From assembly GCA_951406725.2 (NCBI GenBank), contig OX597830.1, positions 59,148,001 through 59,212,000 of the forward strand: 64,000 bases of DNA, given 5' to 3'. Below, in pieces: positions 27,528 through 40,094 of this stretch; positions within the stretch are counted from its first letter, which is position 1, and each line of letters opens with the position of its first letter. The stretch is from Octopus vulgaris. Lineage: Eukaryota. The position numbers and the translations under genes were made by a program. The notes under the pieces are model-generated. The model did no database searches. It was not told the DNA's origin and worked only from the letters and a program-made list of their open reading frames with translations.

Positions 27528-27715
27528 AAAGTAAGTACATAAATGTGAAACAAGGTGAGAAAAATGGTACTCGAATACCAGAGGTAGAGAAATATGCTTT
27601 ATAAAGCTGCAAAGACATCACAAAAGCTGTTACTCAGTTTCATGTTCCCGTTCATTGGACAGTTTTGGTTTAGAAAAACCAAAACTGTTCGACGAATGCA
27701 GCGTTTTTAATAAAG

Positions 27716-27716
<1 letters not shown>
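27524..27716. mobile_element. PLE-like short element with inverted junction and decayed hammerhead, in (TA)n
   Basis: Minus strand aaaactgt CCAATGA acgggaacat GAAA ctgagTA acagctttt, plus the junction hairpin acagttttggttt/aaaccaaaactgt. Related fragment at 7688-7730. Confidence 0.6.
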
Positions 27717-27765
<49 letters not shown>

Positions 27766-28650
27766 AAAGGATAAGCATACTAAAAGGAGACTGTGAGAAA
27801 ACTCATTTAAATAAAAGGGGCCCTTGGTAGTAAAAAGGTTGGAAACCACAGCTCTAAACCCTTCTCATTTTAATCCTCCCACTCACTTCTCCTCTCTGCT
27901 GCTGTTCATCTTTTTCTGCCATTCACTCGTTCTCTGCTGTTTGTTGTTTGACTGCCCCCCTCTTCCTGCCACAGAATCTCAGAAACATTAGCACACTGGG
28001 CGAAATACTTGGCAGTATTTCATCTGCCGCTACATTCTGAGTTCAAACTCCGCCGAGGTCGACTTTGTCTTTCATCTTTTCGGGAGGGTCGATTAAATAA
28101 GTACCAGTTACACACTGGGGTCGATATAATCGACAATCCGTTTGTCTGTCTTTGTTTGTCCCCTCTATGGGCAATAAAGAAATAAGAATGATTCCTTTTA
28201 CCATTTACCTTTCCCTTGTTTCAGTTATGTGACTCTGGCCATGCTGGGGCTGAAGAAAATTTAGCTGAAGGAATTAATCCCAGTCCTGATTTTTTAATGC
28301 CTGGTCTCTTTTGCTGAACTGCTAAGTTATGGGAGACATAAGCACACCAACACTTGTTGTCAAGCAGTTGTCGGGGTCAAACAGTTACAAAGATATATAC
28401 ACACATAGGTATATATAAATATACAGGCTTCTTTCAGTTTCCATCTACCAAATTCACTCACAATTCTTTGGTTGGCCCAAGGACAAAGACACTTGCCCAA
28501 GGTGCCAAGCAGTGGGGCCGAACTTGGAACCCTGTAGTTGGGAAACAAACTTATCACACAACCATACCTGTGCCTCCACACCGCTACACTTGACCGTTTT
28601 AGGAAATAAAAACACTTTATTAATCATTGCAAGTAGACAATTCTCCTTAC

Positions 28651-28752
28651 CAATACTGATGAACTGCTCTCACTTAGGGGCTCATGAGACAGACTCCTTT
28701 GGATCACAAAATTTGCCTTGTTCTGCAGAACATTTTGAAGAATAATTTTTCT
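28651..28752 (-). CDS. Internal, possibly cassette, exon (RKIILQNVLQNKANFVIQRSLSHEPLSESSSSVL, phase 0 to 0)
   Basis: Strong polypyrimidine tract ttctttttcttttttctttttttggcag and donor TTG|GTAAGG. 102 nt open frame, symmetric phase. Confidence 0.7.
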
Positions 28753-29844
28753 CTGCCAAAAAAAGAAAAAAGAAAAAGAATCAGACACTTATTCAGGATT
28801 AATAAAATATAAAATGGTTTAATATTCTTGTTTGTTTTACGCATTAGAGTGAATGCCAAATATGACTGTCACCTTCAAAATGGTATCATAAATTCTTAAT
28901 GATTCAAAAGAATACATGCAATAACAATACTGAAGATTATTCAGTTCCAGGAAACCATTCCAAATGATAGCAGATTCAAGATGTTTGCAAGTTAGTTACA
29001 ATAAAGAGGAATTGAAAATCTGAGATAATTTTATCCGTTCTTTTGTCAAATGTAATTCTTTTATTCTTTTACTTGTTTCAGTCATTTGACTGCGGCCATG
29101 CTGGAGCACTGCCTTAAGTCAATGAAATTGACTCTAGGACTTATTCTTTGTAAGCCTAGTACTTATTCTATCAGTCTCTTTTGCTGAACCGCTAAGTTTC
29201 GGGGACGTAAATACACCGACATCGGTTGTCAAAAGATGGCGGGGGGGGATATGACAAACATAGACACACATAAATATATAAGCACCATTCAAACGCGGCC
29301 GATGCCAGTGCCCCCTGACTGGCTCCCGTGGCAGAGGCACGTAAAAAGCACCATCTGAATGTGATTGATGCCAGGGCTGCCCGACTGGCTCCAGTGCCGG
29401 TGGCACATAAAAAGCGCTAACTGAATACAATCGATGCCAGGCCCGTCTGACAGGGTCCTGTGCCACTGACACGTAAAAGACACGCACTACACTCTCAGAG
29501 TGGTTTGCATTAAGAAGGGCATCCAGCTGTAGAAACATTGCCAGATCAGATTGGAGCCTAGTGCAGCCACATGGAAAACAGATGTTAAACGATGATGATG
29601 TATATGAAAGGTTTCTTTCAGTTTCCGTCTACCAAATCCACTCAGAAGGCTTTGGTCAGCCCGAGGCTATAGTAGAAGACACTTGCCTGAAGTGCCACAC
29701 AGTGAGACTGAACCTGGAACCATGTGGGTGGGAAGCACACATGTATATCACGATCCAATATCTGTTCACTTTCCTGACTTTTGTACATAATTCTATGTAC
29801 TGTACATAGTTGTGCACCTGAACACTATACGCAATAATTTCATT

Positions 29845-30419
29845 ATTATTATTATTATTAAGAAAGAGAGAGAGAGAGCAGTAAATGCCATCAAAGTGAC
29901 ACTGGGCTGCAATTATATGAAGCCCAATATACCCATCATGACTACCCGTCAGATAAGGGTACACCAGCCATATGCATCACAACTACATGTGCATGATATG
30001 GTGATCTCATATCAAGATAAACAGCACATGACCTTGCAGGTGGGGCCCAGTTAGAATTTTCCTCAGGTCGAGTAGCTTAGCCCACTCAAAGGTCCCTGAA
30101 TAAGGTTTGTTTACGGATGATGAACGAACCACCCATGTTTCCAAATGTGAATTATCCAAACCCAAAGAATCCCTCTCAACACATAACTATGATGTTCCCC
30201 CACTACTTCTGCTCATGATCAGAGATGCACATATTGTCAGGCATTAAGGGACATGCTCACCTGGTTAAGGTCAAACAACTGACAAGCAAATCTGTGGTAT
30301 TGAGCAGAATATTTGCTGTAGCCCATCTTTTATACCAAGACAAAACAATGTACATGATAACACTTCCAATCAGTTAAGATCAAAAACCACGAGATCCACT
30401 GCCTGGTACTGCATCAGGG

Positions 30420-30465
<46 letters not shown>
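29845..30465 (-). mobile_element. Probable retroposon 3' remnant bounded by (TTA)n tracts
   Basis: Block with higher GC than its surroundings, between microsatellites; family not determined. Confidence 0.35.
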
Positions 30466-32797
30466 CAGTATTATTATCATTCTTCTTATTATTATTATAA
30501 TCATTATTAATCTTAGTCACAATTTATGTTCCTGGCATTAACTTAATGATAACTAAGTTGTTTTGCTAAATTCTTTGTTATATTTAAAATTGATTGAAAG
30601 AAACACAGAGCATCTCAAAGGGAACTCAGGGAGTAGCGTCCCTGCCTTCCTGAGCTAGTTTTCCACTGCATTTCTTAAAAATTATGGTAGAGGCCTTGGT
30701 TTTGGGACCGCTCATGTCTAGAAACTGAGGTTGGAGGTAAGCAAGGACGTGCTCCCCATAGAAAATCCAGCTCAAAAAAAGCCTCATGATAGCAAAGGAG
30801 AATGGGCACCTGCCAGCCCAAAGGTTGGGGTCGGCTGCACCTGCCTACCTCAGTTGCTATGGCATTGAGGTAGATCCAGCCACCCCACATCAACAGGGGC
30901 AAAACCCAGATTTAAAACACTTGATGATGATGATGATAAGAAATGAAAGACAAGCCATCCTTCGATTGAAGGATGATGACTTATTCAGAATTGAGTGCCA
31001 AAGGGAAGTTTTGTTTATGAAGGGCTTCTTTCAGTTTCTGTCTACTAAATCCACGAACAAGGCTTTGGTTAGCCCAAAGCTTTAGCAGAAGATACTTGCT
31101 CAAGGTGCCACAATGTAGGACTGAACTCAGAACCAAGTGGGTGGGAAGTAAATTTCTAACCACATTAGCTCTTGTGCTGGTAACATGTGAAAAGCACCAT
31201 TCGAGAATGATCGTTGCCAGCGTCGCCTTACTGGCACATGTGACAGTGGAACGTAAAAAACAACATTTTAGTGTGGTCGTTGCCAGAACCGCCTGACTGG
31301 CCCTCATGCCGGTGGCACGTAAAAGCACCCACTACACTCTCAGAGTGGTTGGCATTAGGAAGGGCATCCAGCTGTAGAAACTTTGCCAGATCAGATTGAG
31401 CCTCGTGCAGCCTCTGGCTCACCAGCCCTCAGTCAAATCGTCCAACCCATGCCAGCATGGAAAGTGGACATTAAACAATGATGATGATGATGATGATGCA
31501 GTCATACCCGCCCCTGGGTTTGGGTAGCAAATGTATGAAATGCACAGTCAAGCATGGAGAGAGAAATTTTCAGTCAAAATCCATCCAACTTGAATGTTTA
31601 TGGAAATAGGCAATTGGAATGAAATTAAAAGGTGGTTAAGCAGTTCAATCCCACTGCTTGGTACTTCAGGTAAATGTCCGTTGCCTGTAGACCCTGGTTG
31701 ATTAATGCTTTTGATGGATGGAGTCTGTGAGGAAGCCTTTTGTGTGTGTGTGTGCCCCCACTTTGACAACTGGTGTTAGTATCCTCATAACTTCAACAAG
31801 AGACTGATAGTAGTACCAAGCTTTGAAAAAATTAGGACTGGGGTCAATTTATTTGACTAAAATCCTTCAAGACAATGCCCCAGCATGACCACAGGCCAAT
31901 GAATGAAACAAGTAAAAAAAAAAATAAAAGATGATAAAATCTAGGGGTGTCCACAAAGCAGTCTTTTTCTTGCTTAACAACAGAGAAAAATGCAAAAAAT
32001 TCCTCCCATCAGAAATAGTTGCAATAATTATGGTGAAAAATCCAGTTTTCTGACCCAGTAACAATGATACAATTTTAACCTAGATTTGTAAGCAACACAG
32101 AAAGCTTCTTGTTCCAGTTCTTGTTTCAATCGCAAGAAGCTACGCACATCTCAACAATCATTCCAAAATAAAGGTCATATGACATTAATATCAAATATAT
32201 AAACAACATAGATGTATAAACAGGTGCAGGTGTGTGGTAAGAAACTTGCTTCCCAACCACATGGTTCCAGGTTCAGTTCCACTCTGTGGCACCTTGGGCA
32301 AGTGTCTTCCACTATAGTTTCAGGCTGGCTAAAGCCTTATGAGTGGATTTGGTAGATGGAAACTGAAAGAAGCCCATTGTATATAATATGTGTGTGTGTG
32401 TTTGTTCTCCACAACCACTTGATGACTGGTGTTGGTCTGTTTACGTCCCCGTAACGTAGCAGTCCAGCAAAAGAGACCGACAGAATAAGTACAGGTTAAC
32501 AAAAAAAAAAAAAAAAAAATTACTGTCTGAGTACTCCATAGACCTGCACACCCTTAACGGTTTTAGGGGGAGATCCAGCCTTGACACAGCATGTGACAAG
32601 GCTGGACCCCTTTGAATTACAGATACAACTCATTTTTGCCAGCTGAGCAGTCTGGAGCAGCGTGAAATAAAGTGTCTTGCTCAAGGACACATTGAACTCC
32701 CAACTTTATGATTGTAAGCTGAATAACCCTAACAACTAAGCCACAAGCATTAACACTAAACACACACATACATACACACACACATGCATGCATGCAT

Positions 32798-32842
<45 letters not shown>

Positions 32843-33120
32843 AGTAGCTTGTAATCAAATCTATTAAGCTTTAAGCCTAATCTTTTCTTTTCAAACAACC
32901 ACTAAAAAATAATCTTCATTTCAATAAAGTCTCTCTTGGTTTTAATACACAAAATATACACAAGAAGTGTGTACTGAACACTTTCTTTTACTCATACACA
33001 ACCATAACACTGTGTGTGTGTGTGTGTGCACGCATATATATATTTATGCTGGTATGTTGATGCAAACAGGAAAAATAGAATTCAAATTATGAGTATATGG
33101 ATATTTTTATTAATATTTAG

Positions 33121-33190
33121 CAGAAGCAATAGAGTGACTCAAGGTCCGCGAGTTTCGTGCATCGGCACTTATCAAACTCTATTACTTCTG
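33121..33190 (-). ncRNA. Type I hammerhead with decayed core (probably inactive)
   Basis: 15-bp stem I; core TTGATAA (versus CTGATGA); stem II gtgc/gcac; GAAA; stem III ctc/gag; GTC cleavage triplet. Confidence 0.7.
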
Positions 33191-33192
33191 TT

Positions 33193-33250
<58 letters not shown>

Positions 33251-33254
<4 letters not shown>

Positions 33255-33488
33255 GTTGGTGCTTAATTATTGCGGCTTTTTTTAAAAAAAAACAAAAAAC
33301 AATAATAATATTTAACAAAAACATCTTTAAATGACAGTCTGACTGTCTGCCAAGCAAATGGGAAGCAGTAATTGAAGTAGATGGTGAATATGCTCCAGAA
33401 TAATCATTTAAAGATGTTTTTGTTACATGTTATTGATTTTGTTGAATAAAATTTATTGAAAAAAAAGCCGCAATAATTATGCACCAAC

Positions 33489-33492
<4 letters not shown>
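33251..33492 (+). mobile_element. Internally deleted mariner (MITE) inserted in (TA)n
   Basis: TIR tgggttggtgcttaattattgcggcttttttt and its inverse. Retains the transposase C-terminus LPSKWEAVIEVDGEYAPE*. Confidence 0.85.
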
Positions 33493-33541
<49 letters not shown>

Positions 33542-33582
33542 GTGTGTGTGTGTGTGTGTGTGTGTACATACATATATAATCT

Positions 33583-34296
33583 CATCATCACCATTGTATA
33601 ACGTCAGCTTTCAATGCTGGCATGGATTGGACAGTTTGACTGAGGTCTGGAGAGTCAGAAGGCTGCAACAAGCTCCAGTCTGATCTGGCAAAGTTTCTAC
33701 AGCTGGATGCCCTTCCTAACGCCAACTACTCTGAGAGTGTAGTGGGTGTTTTTTACATGCCACCTGCACAAGGGCCAGTCCAGCAGCACTGGTAATGACC
33801 TTGCTTGAATGTTTTTTCATGTGCCACCAGCACAAGTGCCAGTAAGGCGACGCTGGTAACAGTCACGCTTGAATGGTGCCTTTTACGTGCCACCGGCACG
33901 GAAGCCAGTTTGCTGCTCTGGTAACGATCATGCTTGGATGGTGCTCTTAGTGCTCCACTAGCATGGATACCAGTCATCGAATTTGATTTCTATTTACCTT
34001 GCCTCAACAGGTCTTTGCAAGCAGAGCTTAGTGTGCAATGAAGGAAAGGTACACATAAGTGGGCTGGTTACGCCCCTGGCATAGACCACAGGGTTATGGT
34101 CTCACTTGGGCTAGGCGAGTCTTCCCACGCACAGCATATTTCCAAAGGTCTCGGTCACTAGTCATTGCCTTGGTGAGGTCTAATGTTCAAAGGTTGTGAT
34201 TCACCACCTTATCCCAGGTCTTCCTGGGTCTACCTCTTCCACAGGTTCCCACAACCGCTAAGGTGTGGCACTTTTTCACACAGCTATCCTCATCCA
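33583..34296 (-). mobile_element. 5'-truncated RTE-clade LINE
   Basis: Minus strand reads DEDSCVKKCHTLAVVGTCGRGRPRKTWDKVV, with the same 3' UTR and tail. Confidence 0.85.
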
Positions 34297-34342
34297 CATA
34301 TACATATATGTATGTGTGTATATGTATAGTTTAGGACATCAC

Positions 34343-34378
<36 letters not shown>

Positions 34379-34434
34379 GCCCATACACACACAAACATAT
34401 GCATTTATGTACTCATACACAAATCCACACACAC

Positions 34435-34572
34435 ACATTATTTACATTTGACGGATATTTGTCCTCATCTTGTTTGTTGTTAACATGTTTCGGCTGATAT
34501 ACCCTCCACCCTTCATCAGGTGTCTTGGGGAAATTTCGAAACCTGGGTTCTCATTCCTAAGGTATTTTTCAA

Positions 34573-34622
<50 letters not shown>

Positions 34623-34944
34623 TCACTACCTGGAACTGAACTCGGAATCTTAGGGTTAGTAGCCCGTGCTCCTAACCACTACGCCATATGCCCATGGGCT
34701 CTTAACCCCAAGATTCTGAGTTCAATTTCAAGCAGTGAACATAATAATAATAATAATAATAATAATAACATCGAAAAATAGCTTAGGAATGAGAACCCAA
34801 GTTCGAAATTTCCTCAAGACACCTGATGAAGGCTGGAGGATATATCAGCCGAAACGTTGTGTTAACAGCAAACAAGATGAGGACAAATATCCATCAAATG
34901 TAAATAATGTATATAATTCCTCATCTCTTAAATACAGAACTGTA
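34435..34944. mobile_element. tRNA-headed, hammerhead-containing element (full minus unit plus inverted truncated unit); candidate PLE-dependent SINE
   Basis: Minus head gggcatatggcgtagtggtta...gagttcagttcc, then (AAT)n and a hammerhead motif. The inverted copy starts at about 34695. Sister copies at 24118-24582 and 52146-52450. Confidence 0.8.
34818..34863 (+). ncRNA. Minimal type I hammerhead ribozyme (PLE-type)
   Basis: gacac CTGATGA a ggctgg-aggatata-tcagcc GAAAC GTT gtgtt. Stem I is gacac/gtgtt, stem II pairs, and stem III is the palindrome ACGT. Confidence 0.7.
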
Positions 34945-35395
34945 ATACACACACACACACACACATATATATACATATATATGCATGCAACTTCATCCTC
35001 ATATGCACATAGGTGTATGCTTACATATATATTAGATATTTATACATATAAATACACGCATCTATTGTCCTAATGGCCGATGAGAATGCATCATAGCTTT
35101 TAGCTCCGGCATTTGTCCTATTATGACAATTTAGTGATTGTCCTAAACTATACATATATAAATTCCTCTATTTACCTAATATCAAGGTCTCATTCTTTTG
35201 TTGTCATTTATTATCATTATTATTATTATTATTATCATCATTCATCATAATCATCATCGTTTAATGTCCGTTTTCCGTGCTAGCACAGGTTGGACAGTTC
35301 GACCGGGGTCTGGGAAGCCAGGAGGCTGCACCAGGCTCCAGTCTGATCTGGCAGTGTTTCTACAGCTGGATGCCCTTCCTAACGCCAACCACTCC

Positions 35396-35451
<56 letters not shown>

Positions 35452-35941
35452 GGTGGTTGTCTACTCCTTATGCAGAGTTTGACCACCACCTGTACCTACA
35501 CCTTAGAACCATCATGGCATCTGATGTGGCTTTTTAAACCAGGCAATGTTCTGAAAAGACACCCACATAGATTGCACATCTGATTTGGACTACCAAGAGC
35601 TGCTGATTTTTGTGGATCTTAAAATGATTTTTGAGGCCTCTGTTAGATTTGCAGACCTGGCATACATTGCATTGAAAGGTGTTCACAGACATATAGACAG
35701 AATAGTAGGTGGAGGTTTGTTTTCCATGGGTTCACAAATGAGATTTGAGCCCAGAATGTAAAGAGGTGGAATAAATAACCACAAGGCATTTTTTTCTGAT
35801 GTTCTAACAATTCTGACAGCTAACTCAGGAGAAAATAGTGTAAAATGGGTCAGAAACCAGCAATAAGTCAAATAAAGTGAAACAACAATGGCTGTCATAT
35901 GTACATACACACACACACACACATGTGCGTATATGTGTGTG

Positions 35942-36322
35942 TGGAGGCGCAATGGCCCAGTGGTTAGGGCAGCGGACTCATGGTCAAAGGATCTCAGTTT
36001 CGATTCCCAGGCCAGGCATTGTGAGTGTTTATTGAGCAAAAATACTTAAAAGCTCCACGAGGCTCCAGCAGGGGCTGGTAGCAAACCCTGTTGTACTCTT
36101 TCATCACGCCTTTCTCTCACTCTTTCTTCCCGTTTCTGTTGTACCTGTATTTCAAAGGGCCAGTCTTGTCACACACTGTGTCACGCTGAATCTCCCCGAG
36201 AACTACGTTAAGGGTACACGTGTCTGTGGAGTGCTCAGCCACTTGCATGTTAATTTCATGAGTAGGCTGTTCCGTTGATCAGATCAACTGGAACCCTCGT
36301 CGTTGTACCTGATGGAGTGCCA
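35942..36322 (+). mobile_element. tRNA-derived SINE family D
   Basis: A box tggcccagtgg and B box gtttcgattcc. Related minus-strand copies at 47237-47548 and 58040-58352. Confidence 0.8.
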
Positions 36323-37639
36323 TAGTAATACACATATGTGTGTGTGTGTGTGAAACTAACCTGGGTTATCTGATACCACAAGCAATATTTCCTATTTAAT
36401 GTTACTTATTAGTGATAAATTATTAAGTTTCAAAATGAATGTTAGCCATGGTATGTTTGATTTGCTAAGTTGTTACAATAATCAAAGACTTTAATAACAA
36501 ATAAATGTATTTCATGAATTCATTTTTGGATATATTAATATCTGTATATCAGCTTGTTAAATAAAATATTTCTTTACAACTACCCTCAATATAAATAAAT
36601 TTGAAAATGAATATTACAGTTGTAAGCACAAATAAAAAAAATCAATAAAATTTCATTATTTAATATAACACCTTAAAATTTATCCAAAAAAAAAAGCGAT
36701 TATATTTTTACATAAAATTTTTTGTAAATATGTTGGAGTTGAAAGTAAAATATTTCACTTGTATCAGTTTCCAATTTTAGTACAAGGCCAGTAGTTCTGG
36801 ATGAGGGAATAAATTGATTACATCAAACCTAGTACTCAATTGGGACTAATTTTATCAACCCCGAAAGGGATGATAGGTGAAGTTGGCCTCAGCGGAATTT
36901 GAACTCAAAATGTAAAAAAAAAAAAAAAAAAGCTAAAATGCTGTAAGGCATTTTGCCCAGGGTGCTAACAATTCTTTTCTACTCTAGGCACAAGGCCTCA
37001 AATTTTGGGGGACGGAGCCAGTTATGGTTAGATTGGCCCCAGTACACAACTGGTACTTAATTTATTGACCCCGAAAGCATAAAAGGCAACGTCGACCTTG
37101 GTGGAATTTGAACTCAGAACATAAAAACAGACAAAATACCGCTAAGCATTTTGCCCGGCATATTAACAATTCTGCCAGCTCGCCACCTTAACTGAGAGAA
37201 AATATTCTTTTCTACTACAGGCACAAGGCCCAAAACTTTTTGGGAGGGGGTCAGTCGGTGAAATTTGAACTCAGAACATAAAAACAAACGAAATACTGTT
37301 AAGCATTTCGCCCAGCGTGCTAACAATTCTGCCCCATGTTATTATCACTTATATTGATTTCTCAAGTTTGAATACAACAGATTAGTAAGGGATTATAACC
37401 CGTTAATTGAATCAACTTAATTGGCTTATAAACTTTGATTATTTACTACAATACCTTAAAATTTATCAATAAACTAGCTGATCCTGTGCCGTCAAAAATG
37501 AAGGCTAATTGTAGTATTTTATATATAAAATATGGGTGGGAAATCAAATTAATACACTTGCCAATGTTATCAAGTGGTTGTCCTTCGAGATGTGACATCA
37601 ATCATCATTTGTTACTAAAAGAACGATGGTTCACATATA

Positions 37640-37657
37640 CATTCACATATTTCCCTT

Positions 37658-37694
<37 letters not shown>

Positions 37695-37996
37695 GGCATA
37701 TACACACACATACAAACATTCACATACTTCCCTTGTACACGCACACACACACACATACAGGCATATACACACACATACAAACATTCACATACTTCCCTTG
37801 TACACACACACACACACACACATACAGGCATATACACACACATACAAACATTCACATACTTCCCTTGTACACGCACACACACACACATACAGGCATATAC
37901 ACACACATACAAACATTCACATACTTCCCTTGTACACACACACACACACATACAGGCATATACACACACATACAAACATTCACATACTTCCCTTGT

Positions 37997-38027
<31 letters not shown>

Positions 38028-38140
38028 GGCATATACACACACATACAAACATTCACATACTTCCCTAGTACACACACACACACAGACATATACACACATA
38101 CAAACATTCACATACTTCCTTTGTACACACACACACATAT
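37640..38140. repeat. Minisatellite, unit of about 60-66 bp, about 8 copies, with variable (CA)n
   Basis: Unit (ca)n-tacaggcatatacacacacatacaaacattcacatacttcccttgta. Confidence 0.95.
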
Positions 38141-39864
38141 ACACACAGTTCAAATGCTCCCACTACCACTTTGTCACTACCCCTCCCTTCCTTATTCATC
38201 TATCACCCCTTCCTTTCTCGTTCATATGTTGTGACAGAGAAACACACAACAGTATTATTAAAGTAGATATATTTGCAAATTTTCCAGAGTAAATTTACTT
38301 TGGAGATAAAAATGGAAAATACATCGTTAACATTGATCTCTCGTGTTGTTTCAACGCAACAGATTTGCAGAGGATTATATCAGTTAAACGAATCAACTTG
38401 ACTGACTTTATGAAGCTCACACGATGAAAGGTCAAGTTTATTGCAGTCAGAGCAAAACAAGATACAGTAAAACATTTTAGCCCAATCCAACAGCCGGTCG
38501 GCTGTGCTAAGTGACACCTGTTTCTGCTATTAACAGGTGAACAGAGAAAAAGCTATTTGTTAACTGGCTTTTAGAGGATGAAATTAATGAAATATTAAAA
38601 TCAATGTCACTGTTACAAAACAGTAACATGTAATTAACAGTCTAAACAGCCCTGCAGACACGTTAGCATGCCGGGCGAAATGCTTAGCTGTATTTCATCT
38701 GTCGTTACGTTCTGAGTTCAAATTCCGCCGAGGTCGACTTTGCCTTTCATCCTTTCAGGGTCGATTAAATAAGTACCAGTTAAGCACTGGGGTCGATGTA
38801 ATCGACTTAATCCGTTTGTCTGTCCATGTTTGTTCCCTCTATGTTTAGCCCCTTGTGGGTAATAAAGAAACAATTAATATTATTAAAAAATAGTTTCTTC
38901 AATATATATATATATATATATCTGATTGCATCAGTTTATTCTTTAATATTGGTTTCAAATTTTATCACAAGGCCAGCAATTTTAGGAGGAGCTAAGTCAA
39001 TTAGATTGACCCCAGTATTCAACTGGTACTTATTTTATTGACCTCAAAAAGATAACCTTTGTGGAATTTGATCTCAGCATGTAAAGACAGACAAAATGCT
39101 ATTAAACATTTTACTAATGATGTGCTAATGATTCTGTCAGTTCGCTGTCTTAATTTACTCTTTAATATTCAACCTTTAACTCTGGTGGCAAACTGGCAGA
39201 AGTGTTAGCACACTGGGTGAAATGCTTAGCAGTATTTCGTCTGCCGTTATGTTCTAAGTTCAAATTCCGCCAAGGTCGACTTAGCTTTTCATCCTTTTGG
39301 GTTCAATAAATTAAGTTCCAATTACGTGTTGGGGTCGATCGAATCGACTGGTCCCCATCCCCCAAAATTTCGGGCCTTGTGCCTAGAGTAGAAAAGGAAT
39401 ATTCAACCCCTAACTAAAAGCTTAGGTACAAACGCAAATTACAGTTCCCTTCGTATACTTCCTGAAATTTCAATATAATAATTCACAGGTAGATCAATAT
39501 ACAAAAGAGTCGAGTACCAAACTAAACAATAACCATGACTTCTTTAAATAGAAGTCAGTAGTAATTACATTGTGACTAGTATGTAATCAAATGTTACTAT
39601 GACTAAGAATGCACACTAGCTCTTCCTAATACAAATTTAAACTGTCTCAGCTGTTATTAGCCCACTTTAATCCTATCATCCAGTGCTTTCCTCTCAACTA
39701 TCCTCAATTTACCTAATTAAAACACATAACATCAAGTGCTTTCAACGTAACTCACTTTATAAATGAAATTAATAAATAAATAGAATATAAATTATCTTAT
39801 TTGTATAAATAGTCAGACATATTTTAGGGGAGATGTTATATTCAAAATGTAACAGGATAATTGA

Positions 39865-40094
39865 TTAACCCTTTCGTTACTGTATTTCTGTTGAGATGTT
39901 CTGTGTTTCTTTCAATTAATTTTCAATATAACAAAGAATTTAGTAAAATAACTTAGTTGTCATTAAGCTAGTGTTAAGAACATAAATTGCGACTAAGGTT
40001 TGGTGGAAGATTTTAATTCAAAACTTATGAAAACAAGACATTTGTACTACAGAGCCAGAGGTGGTTTCAGCCAGGTTGGTACCAAAAGGGTTAA
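39865..40094. mobile_element. piggyBac-like MITE
   Basis: ttaa ccctttcgttac ... gtaccaaaaggg ttaa. Confidence 0.85.

Noticed and set aside
37435-38292. 285-aa His/Thr-rich ORF and overlapping ORFs
   Set aside because: Translation of a (CA)n-based minisatellite, open in several frames.
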